Shown here: positions 57,300 to 64,000 of the stretch, in pieces
How the letters are laid out: every line of letters begins with the position of its first letter
Position numbering within the stretch: the stretch's first letter is position 1
From: a virus
IMG/VR virus record: IMGVR_UViG_3300050821_005065
Coordinates: 8,158 to 72,157 of that record
DNA: 64,000 bases
Direction: 5' to 3' (one strand)
Translations under genes and position numbers: made by a program
The notes under the pieces: model-generated
The model's database searches: none
Told to the model about the DNA's origin: nothing
Seen by the model: the letters and a program-made list of their open reading frames with translations, nothing else

Positions 57300-57366
57300 A
57301 ACCAGAGGGGAAGTCATGGGTTTCTTATCCCCCATCTTTAATCCCATGACTTCACCCCTCTTGGTT
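57300..57366. other. Long intergenic hairpin
   Basis: AACCAGAGGGGAAGTCATGGG pairs with CCCATGACTTCACCCCTCTTGGTT with two bulges. Confidence 0.55.
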
Positions 57367-57470
57367 TGATAACTTAAAGCTTTAACAGCTTTTATTCTAC
57401 TAAGCAGTGGCGCGAAATAGCAGCAGTGGGACGGGGCCCTGCCCACGATCTGAGAGGAGATGGTGAGAGA

Positions 57471-57911
57471 TTGAACGAAAAGCGAACCTTGCTGCCGTGT
57501 GCAACTTGCCCGTGGCGCATTGAAAAAGGCGTCGAAACAATCCCAGCATATAGCCAAGAGGCCGCATTAGCTCTCAGGAATACCGTTGGCGACGGCGACG
57601 GACTGCGCAACATTATGGCCTGTCATCATTCAACTCGGGATGCGCCCATTTCCTGTCGTGGCTACCTCGCGCAAGTGGGCTGGACGAACATCAACGTGCG
57701 AATACTTCTCGCGAGGCGAAAATTGCCGCGCCTCGACCGCATCGTGGAAGCCTGCGAACAGGCTGGTATCAAACTTCACCGCAACTACGGCGAGATGATG
57801 GACAAACTCACGCTGAGTTACGAACGCATGTTGCATACGATCAGGGGCAGACTGACGGAGGGCAGGGCCCCGGCGAAGTCTCGCTCAGCGCGAGGGACAC
57901 GTAGAATATAA
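57471..57911 (+). CDS. Cys/His protein (PCATCPWR...MACH...CRGY)
   Basis: Motif pattern common in phage DUF proteins. Confidence 0.65.
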   Translation: MNEKRTLLPCATCPWRIEKGVETIPAYSQEAALALRNTVGDGDGLRNIMACHHSTRDAPISCRGYLAQVGWTNINVRILLARRKLPRLDRIVEACEQAGIKLHRNYGEMMDKLTLSYERMLHTIRGRLTEGRAPAKSRSARGTRRI

Positions 57912-58104
57912 GACTTTGACTTAGTAACTCAGAAAGGAGAACTCTATGAGAGGTTAGCATCTAATAACTCTTAACCTTGAATTTCTCAAAGACACAACAG
58001 TACGCGGAGAACTCCTCCGCGTCCGGCGCTTACTGAGTTGACACAACGACAAACTAGCAGCGTGCGTCGTCCAGGTCCGGTAAGCGCCGAACGGAGAGGA
58101 GCCC

Positions 58105-58370
58105 ATGTGTTCATCGACGCCGAAGCCGACGGCATTCTAATCCGAGACGTATTCGGGCCGCAAATCTATTGTCGCGGCTGTCATCACTACACCTACCTAG
58201 TGGATGGTGGTCGTTGTGCTTGGTGTAAGAGCACAGGCACAGGCGGACAGGTTGGTTTGGTTCGCAAGACTCGCGCGATGGGACCAATTAGAGAGCCAGA
58301 GGACCGTGAGCCGACCAAACACCAACGGCTCAAAGAAGGGTTCGCAATGCTGCAAGGAGACCTATGCTAA
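58105..58370 (+). CDS. Small zinc-ribbon protein
   Basis: GAGGAG RBS; CRGC...CAWC. Confidence 0.55.
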
Positions 58371-58615
58371 AAGCTATCCACATCCAAGACATGATCGAAT
58401 CTCTCTCAGACTACGCGCTCAACTCAGACATCACGCCGGCGGAAATGGGCGCCGTGCTCGAAAAGCGCTGCCTCGAAAAACTCCTCGCCTCGCTCGGCAA
58501 TAACCAGTGCCATGTAGCCGCACGGATCGGCGTGCATCGGAATACGATCAGACGGCAGATAAGTCAGTTGAAAATTCCGATTCAGAAGCGGTGGAGAGTG
58601 AAGAAAGTCGCGTAG
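58364..58615 (+). CDS. Fis-type helix-turn-helix protein
   Basis: LEKRCLEKLL...GNNQCHVAARIGVHRNTIRRQI. Confidence 0.8.
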   Translation: MLKAIHIQDMIESLSDYALNSDITPAEMGAVLEKRCLEKLLASLGNNQCHVAARIGVHRNTIRRQISQLKIPIQKRWRVKKVA

Positions 58616-59356
58616 GAGCGCACACGTTGACCTGTCAGATCACACGTCTCCAGCTCGTAGTGAACTGGTCCCTAAATTATGGGCCGCAGGATCCCAAAAG
58701 CTTCCAGTCGGCCACCGGTCGCATGGTAGTATGGTGCGCTACCCATCACTGTGTCGTCGAGGAAGACGAGTTTGGACGCCTACTGCCCTGTCCGCAAACT
58801 CCCGACCTCACCGATCGAGCGCGTGATGAATTAGCATTCTTGGGCCTTATGCCGCCTGCCGTAACCAGGCACGGCGGGTCAACTTAGTTGCATGTTGAGA
58901 TTCCAAAGCATCGCCTCGCAGAAAGCTTCTGTCTTCGCATTGGAATGTGGCTACAGCGTCGATCGAGGGCGCGATGCCTTGCGAGTAGGCTTCGGCCAAA
59001 ATGTCGGCGGTGGGGCCGTTCCTGCGTAAAGGCATACATTTCTGGACGGCGTTGCGGTTGAGGATTTTGAGCCATTGGGAAAAGCTGATGGTGCAGGGCA
59101 TAACGTTTCTGGGAGCCTCGTGGTGCTTGCGAAATACTGGTCAAAATTGACCACTTTCAAAGAAATATTCCAAAGGTGAGTTGTGGAAATCAATCGGGTG
59201 TTTTCTGTATTTTCTCAATTTCCACATTGACGCACAGGTGAGGCGTGGGTTATGAACGTTTCTACCTACCACAGAACCCCTGGGATCGTCGGCTGGTTAC
59301 ACCCAAGGGCCAGCCGACAGTCTTGGGTAGTGAGATAGGGACTTGGGGAGTTTCGC

Positions 59357-60130
59357 TTGGGACGAATCAGAACGGTAAAACCAGAATTCTTCCGCGACGA
59401 AAAACTTCAGGACCTCGAAGTAGCCCACCCTAATTTAAAACCAATGTTGGTGTTTGAGGGACTTTGGGGCCAGTCTGACAAGGCTGGAAATTTCCCTTGG
59501 AATCCGCGAATGCTTCACTTGGACATCCTGCCATTCATTGAGTTTGATTTTAGTGCTTCCCTAGTGCTTCTCCGGGAAGCAGGGTTATTATCTCAATACG
59601 CAGGGGATGACGGCAAGCAATATGGGACAGTCTTAAACTTCTCTAAACACCAAAGAATCAGCGGCAAAGAGGCACAGGAACCGGCAAAATTCCCTAACGC
59701 TTCACCGGGAAGCACTGGGGAAGCTACTGAGACGGCAGGAAGGGAAAGGGAAAGGGAAAGGGAAGAGGAAGGGAATATAGACGGCCAGGTTCATGAAATT
59801 GCTTCCCTTCATCCAAAAATCAAAGATGCCTTCCATCTGCCGCACGATGTTGCACTCGTGATTGCGGAAGCGATTGCGCGAGACGGTCGGGATTTCGTAT
59901 GGGCTGGCACCAAGACTTTATCGGACGCGGTGCAACGTTGGCCGCCTGGGGAACTACAATTTGTGCCGTCAGCCCAGAAGTTTTTCCGAGAATCACAATA
60001 TCGCAATATACCCGAGTTTTGGGAGAGGAGTTCCAATGGAAATGGGAAACCAAGCCGAGCCGAACAAGCCCTTAACCAACAGATCACAAACCGAAACGCA
60101 GCGCGCCGAGCGGTTGGGTTGGATCATTGA
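59357..60130 (+). CDS. Phage replication initiator
   Basis: TTG start; RIRTVKPEFF.DE, LW..SD..G, NFSKHQRI, EREREREEE linker. Confidence 0.8.
   Translation: MGRIRTVKPEFFRDEKLQDLEVAHPNLKPMLVFEGLWGQSDKAGNFPWNPRMLHLDILPFIEFDFSASLVLLREAGLLSQYAGDDGKQYGTVLNFSKHQRISGKEAQEPAKFPNASPGSTGEATETAGREREREREEEGNIDGQVHEIASLHPKIKDAFHLPHDVALVIAEAIARDGRDFVWAGTKTLSDAVQRWPPGELQFVPSAQKFFRESQYRNIPEFWERSSNGNGKPSRAEQALNQQITNRNAARRAVGLDH
59551..59807. repeat. Iteron-like repeats inside the initiator gene (candidate origin)
   Basis: GGGAAGCA/TGCTTCCC motif at about 59554, 59565 (variant), 59574, 59707, 59718 (variant) and 59800, plus a (GGGAAA)3 tract at about 59742. Confidence 0.5.
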
Positions 60131-60884
60131 CCAATTGAGCATTGCGGCTATGGCGAAAGGGCAAGTGTTTACGCCGGAACGGTTACGAGTCAACGCGGAG
60201 GATCTGATTGACATTCCACAAGGGGCCTTGTTGATAGCGTTTCAGAGAGCGCGGCGCGAATTGGAGTTTGCGCCTGGAGTGGCTGACATCCGGCGCTTCG
60301 CAATTGCCGAGGAAGAAGGCGACCGACCGGGAGTGGAACTAGCGTGGGCGATGTGTCCCAGAAGCGAAGAAGCTTCTGTTGTCTGGACCTCCGAGATGGC
60401 GGAAGCGTTTGGCATGTGCCGAAGTTTGTTGATGAACGGCGACGAGATCGCCGCACGTATGGTGTTCAAAGAGCAGTATCCGTTCATCGTGTCGCGGGCC
60501 CGAGCCACGCATCTGCCAGTGGAATGGATCGTGTCTCTCGGCTGGGATCAAGGTGACCGGGTACGCGCTTTGTCGGACGCGATTCAGAGGAAACGTATCA
60601 CTGCAGAACAGGCGCTAGGACTGTTGGGTGCGGAGCAGCAGGATGAACTTTTGCAACAGTTGCCAACCGCAGAGCGCAAGATGCTCACGGGAAACGTCAA
60701 GCCGAATCTCGCGGTGCTGAGCGGATTGAATCGGGCCATTGCCAACTTACGAGAGCATGTATCTATGTCAGAACTGGAGCCCACACCACCGAAGAAAGAA
60801 TCGAGCGCAGAAGAGCGCGCCGCATACGCGCAACGAGTTCGTGAACAAGCTGCCGAGTTAAAGAAACGGCAATCCATTGGCTAA
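60036..60884 (+). CDS. Replication accessory protein (helicase-loader position)
   Basis: GAGGAG RBS before ATG 60036; FAPGVADIR, IAARMVFKEQY, VSLGWD; overlaps the initiator. Confidence 0.6.
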   Translation: MEMGNQAEPNKPLTNRSQTETQRAERLGWIIDQLSIAAMAKGQVFTPERLRVNAEDLIDIPQGALLIAFQRARRELEFAPGVADIRRFAIAEEEGDRPGVELAWAMCPRSEEASVVWTSEMAEAFGMCRSLLMNGDEIAARMVFKEQYPFIVSRARATHLPVEWIVSLGWDQGDRVRALSDAIQRKRITAEQALGLLGAEQQDELLQQLPTAERKMLTGNVKPNLAVLSGLNRAIANLREHVSMSELEPTPPKKESSAEERAAYAQRVREQAAELKKRQSIG

Positions 60885-61068
60885 ACTCATCTCCCGCTGG
60901 TATCCCGACAGAAACTGCAAAAACTGCGGCGGACTCGGCTTTGTGATGATCACCACAGAGCGAGGCAATCGGGCGGCGAGTAAGTGCTCGTGCTGGTGGT
61001 TGTGGACGAACACTCTACAGATTCAGAAGCTTGTGAGGGATGGGAAGCTGGCGGGGGCGGGAGAATGA
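60877..61068 (+). CDS. Small zinc-finger protein
   Basis: CKNCGGLGF...CSC. Confidence 0.55.
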   Translation: MAKLISRWYPDRNCKNCGGLGFVMITTERGNRAASKCSCWWLWTNTLQIQKLVRDGKLAGAGE

Positions 61069-62456
61069 ATTACGCAGAGTTTCTACGATGTAAGACACAG
61101 GACAGTTCGGCGCTTGGGTTTGCCCCGGTATTTATGCCGGACTTCCTGTTCGATTTTCAGGCATTCTTAACCGGGTGGGGGATTCGTAAAGGCCGCGCTG
61201 CTTATTTCGCCGATTGCGGCATGGGTAAGACGCCGATGGAGTTGGTCTGGGGCCAAAATGTTGTGATGAAAACCAATCGCCCGGTGCTGCATCTGACGCC
61301 GCTTGCCGTGTCCGCGCAAACGGTGCGCGAGGGTGAGAAATTTGGAATCGAGGCAAAGCGAAGTCTGGATGGGAAGGTGTGGCCCGCAACAATCAACGTA
61401 ACCAACTATGAACGACTGCATTATTTCAATGCCGATGACTTCGCCGGAGTTGTGTGTGACGAGTCATCGATACTTAAATCGTTCGACGGCGCACGGCGCT
61501 CCGAGATAACGGAGTTCATGCGAAAGATGCCTTATCGGCTTTTGGGAACCGCGACAGCCGCGCCGAACGATTACATTGAACTCGGAACCTCATCGGAAGC
61601 CTTGGGCGAACTCGGGCACATGGACATGCTGCAACGGTTTTTCAAGAATGACCAGAATACATGCAAACCGATGGTCTACCGGAATAAGGGCCAGAACTTC
61701 CAGCAGTTAGACGACCGGGCAAAATGGCGATTCAAGGGTCACGCGGAGATTCCGTTTTGGCGGTGGATGACCTCATGGGCGCGGGCCTGCCGCAAACCTT
61801 CAGATGTCGGATTCGACGATGGGGCGTTTATTCTACCGCCGCTCATTGAGCAGCAGTATGTAGTGGAGAGTCGTTCGCTTGCGCCGGGAATGTTATTTCC
61901 TATGCCTGCCGTTAGTTTGCCCGAACAACGCGAGGAGCGCAGGCGCACGATTCAGGAGCGATGTGAAAAAGTAGCGGAACTCGTTGACGATGACGAACAG
62001 GCGCTTATCTGGTGTCATCTGAATGACGAGGGTAACCTGCTGGAAGAATTGATTCCCGATGCAGTGCAGATTAGCGGCGAAGATGAGGACGAAGAGAAAG
62101 AAGAAAAGTTCCTAGACTTCGCCAATGGGAAGATTAAAGACCTCGTGACCAAACCAAAAATCGGTGCATGGGGACTCAACTTCCAAAACTGCGCTCACAT
62201 CACATCGTTCCCCTCGCACTCGTTTGAGCAATACTACCAAGCCGTTCGGAGATGTTGGCGGTTCGGACAGAAGCGCACCGTGCGCTCCGACATCGTGACC
62301 ACCGAAGGCGAGCGTGACGTGATGGCCAACCTGCAACGCAAAGCTAAGGCTGCCGACCGCATGTTCTCCGCGCTAGTCGAGCAAATGAATTATTCGATGA
62401 AAGTGGAGCGGTCCAGCGCTTTCACGATGGAACAGGAGATCCCGGCATGGCTGTAA
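61065..62456 (+). CDS. SF2 (SNF2/DEAD-like) helicase
   Basis: ADCGMGKT, VCDESS, TATAAPND, GLNFQ, QAVRRCWRFGQ. Confidence 0.9.
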   Translation: MNYAEFLRCKTQDSSALGFAPVFMPDFLFDFQAFLTGWGIRKGRAAYFADCGMGKTPMELVWGQNVVMKTNRPVLHLTPLAVSAQTVREGEKFGIEAKRSLDGKVWPATINVTNYERLHYFNADDFAGVVCDESSILKSFDGARRSEITEFMRKMPYRLLGTATAAPNDYIELGTSSEALGELGHMDMLQRFFKNDQNTCKPMVYRNKGQNFQQLDDRAKWRFKGHAEIPFWRWMTSWARACRKPSDVGFDDGAFILPPLIEQQYVVESRSLAPGMLFPMPAVSLPEQREERRRTIQERCEKVAELVDDDEQALIWCHLNDEGNLLEELIPDAVQISGEDEDEEKEEKFLDFANGKIKDLVTKPKIGAWGLNFQNCAHITSFPSHSFEQYYQAVRRCWRFGQKRTVRSDIVTTEGERDVMANLQRKAKAADRMFSALVEQMNYSMKVERSSAFTMEQEIPAWL

Positions 62457-63436
62457 TTACTCAGGAGTTGCACAAGAAATACGCGATATACAACGGCGAT
62501 TGCATCGAGGTCATGGGCGGACTACCCGAGAAGTCAGTGCATTTATCGATTTACTCACCCCCGTTTGGCGGACTTTACAACTACAGTTCCAGCGAGAAAG
62601 ACCTCTCAAACTGTAAGGACTACCAGCAATTCTTTGAGCACTATGCTTTCGTTGTTCGGGAAATTGCGCGACTGACTCACCCAGGCCGCATGACCTGCGT
62701 ACATTGCATGGACGTGCCAAGCGGAAACTCGGGGACGGATTACCTCATCGACTTTCCCGGCGATATCGTCCGACTTCACGAAAAAGAGGGATGGAACTAC
62801 GTCGCCCGCTATGCTGTCTGGAAAGAACCTCTTGCTGTTCGCAATCGCACGATGGCCAAGAATCTCGCGCATAAAACCATTGTGGATGATTCCTCTCGCT
62901 GCTCAGTTGCCAGTGCAGATTATCTCTTGGTTTTTCGGCGCAAGGGCCAAAACCAGATTCCGATCCAACACCCTCAAGGCTTATTGGAGTATGCAGGGGA
63001 GCGCAAGATTCCGACCGAACTTCTAAAGTACCGTGGATGGAAAGGCAATCAGATCGAGAACCGATACTCGCATTGGATTTGGCGGCAATATGCCTCTGCG
63101 TTTTGGGATGACATCCGCCTCGGGCATGTGCTTCCCTTTCGTCAAGCCAAGGACGAAGAGGACGAAAAGCACGTACATCCCTTGCAGCTAGATGTGATTG
63201 ACCGCTGCCTAACTCTTTGGTCGAATCCCGGCGAAGTGATCCTGACCCCGTTTATGGGCGTTGGCTCCGAAGTTCACGAAGCGATTCGCATGGAGCGTAA
63301 AGGTCTGGGGATGGAGTTAAAACCTAGCTACTATCGGCAGGCCCAGAAGAACATCGCAGAAGTACTCAAGACTGGCAAGATCAACGTGCAAGAGGAGTTG
63401 TACGGTGCGGAACAAGAGCAAGAAGCAAGCGCGTAG
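62447..63436 (+). CDS. DNA methyltransferase (N4/N6 family, beta class)
   Basis: GDCIE, SPPF catalytic motif, HVHPLQ, TPFMGVGSE, GMELK. Confidence 0.9.
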   Translation: MAVITQELHKKYAIYNGDCIEVMGGLPEKSVHLSIYSPPFGGLYNYSSSEKDLSNCKDYQQFFEHYAFVVREIARLTHPGRMTCVHCMDVPSGNSGTDYLIDFPGDIVRLHEKEGWNYVARYAVWKEPLAVRNRTMAKNLAHKTIVDDSSRCSVASADYLLVFRRKGQNQIPIQHPQGLLEYAGERKIPTELLKYRGWKGNQIENRYSHWIWRQYASAFWDDIRLGHVLPFRQAKDEEDEKHVHPLQLDVIDRCLTLWSNPGEVILTPFMGVGSEVHEAIRMERKGLGMELKPSYYRQAQKNIAEVLKTGKINVQEELYGAEQEQEASA

Positions 63437-63505
63437 CCATTATTAATTTCTCAAATTAGTTAGCAATGCTAAGCTTTATAAATTTGAGGGGGATTTAGGG
63501 GGAGT

Positions 63506-64000
63506 ATGAGCGATATCTCTCTCCAAAAGAGATTGGTTATATTCAGTACGCCGTACGAGGCAGGACGTAATTGGGTTCGCCGACTTTGGGTTAACCGGAA
63601 AGAGGCACAAGTGGGCGAAGTTGGCGAGATTTCGGCGGAAGATCGGGCCGCGCTGAATGAGATTGTACGGTCGTATCGCGCCGAATCACTGCTGGTTATT
63701 AGGGAGCACAGAAAGCGGCTCGAAGCGAGCGAACAATACCTGGAAGGGATAGAGAAAATCATGAGCGACCCAAATGGCGGACCGTTTGCCGACACAACAC
63801 GGCCTGATCCGAAAGACGAGACGCGGCGGTTTCAGCAAGCGATGAGCGATAACGCCGAACTGCTCAACGAGTATCACGAGCGGGCCTTCCCTATGCCAAA
63901 GCCGCCCTCCTACATCCCCCGTGGCGACCGCATCCTAGTTCGCCGCTTAGAAGCTCCAGAACCCAAGCCGGGAGAAATGGTCAACCCACGCTCCCAGCAG
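63506..64000 (+). CDS. Protein with C-terminal GroES-like domain (3' truncated)
   Basis: GGGGAG RBS; frame open to the window end; IPRGDRILVRRLE...PGEMVNP resembles the GroES N-terminal strand and mobile loop. Confidence 0.6.
   Translation, partial: MSDISLQKRLVIFSTPYEAGRNWVRRLWVNRKEAQVGEVGEISAEDRAALNEIVRSYRAESLLVIREHRKRLEASEQYLEGIEKIMSDPNGGPFADTTRPDPKDETRRFQQAMSDNAELLNEYHERAFPMPKPPSYIPRGDRILVRRLEAPEPKPGEMVNPRSQQ

Larger units (their letters stand above)
1..64000. mobile_element. Tailed dsDNA phage genome segment (Caudoviricetes, podovirus-like), open at both ends
   Basis: Portal/scaffold/capsid order, large terminase with Walker motifs, endolysin, replication initiator and recombinase; dense small ORFs; no host housekeeping genes. 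Confidence 0.95.

Noticed and set aside
58884-59144. Minus-strand ORFs upstream of the initiator
   Set aside because: Three overlapping frames with no clear RBS or motif; cannot choose among them.
61065-63436. Helicase plus methyltransferase as a novel defence or type III R-M system
   Set aside because: No nuclease domain seen on the helicase; this gene pair is common in phage replication regions.
1-64000. CRISPR array, tRNA, rRNA, reverse transcriptase/DGR, integrase
   Set aside because: No regularly spaced repeats, cloverleaf, YxDD-type RT or recombinase catalytic motifs recognised by eye. A tRNAscan/Infernal run is still advisable.
1-64000. Alternative genetic code or stop-codon recoding
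   Set aside because: Genes are long and tightly packed under the standard code, and all three stop codons end real genes.

Overview
The whole window is about 64 kb of a tailed dsDNA bacteriophage genome, open at both ends. No host housekeeping genes, rRNA, tRNA, CRISPR array, integrase or CI-type repressor were recognised. Gene content suggests a podovirus-like virion. Layout: (1) 1-9220, five beta-rich fibre/depolymerase-like proteins that all carry export signals and even cysteine counts, with a GT4-like glycosyltransferase among them; (2) 9266-11544, lysis cassette (holin-like proteins, GH99/GH71-like hydrolase, M15 peptidase endolysin); (3) 12556-30440, portal, scaffold, major capsid, adaptor/nozzle and ejection-type proteins; (4) 30441-37274, a 2277-aa polyvalent virion protein containing an overprinted small gene; (5) 37796-40095, terminase; (6) 40092-50584, a minus-strand accessory arm; (7) 50584-52890, a regulatory hub of back-to-back sigma70-like promoters that abut start codons (leaderless) and drive small RHH/HTH regulators; (8) 54535-64000, recombination, replication initiator with iteron-like repeats, helicase, DNA methyltransferase and a GroES-like protein. 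The most unusual signals are the exported, apparently disulfide-bonded fibre cluster, the nested MPFKSEAQ gene, the repeated leaderless promoter architecture and a structured RBS-sequestering leader on the capsid gene. All product calls come from motif recognition and gene context by eye; no searches were run. A diderm host is inferred from the signal peptides and lipoboxes; Acidobacteriota is only a guess from signal-peptide style.
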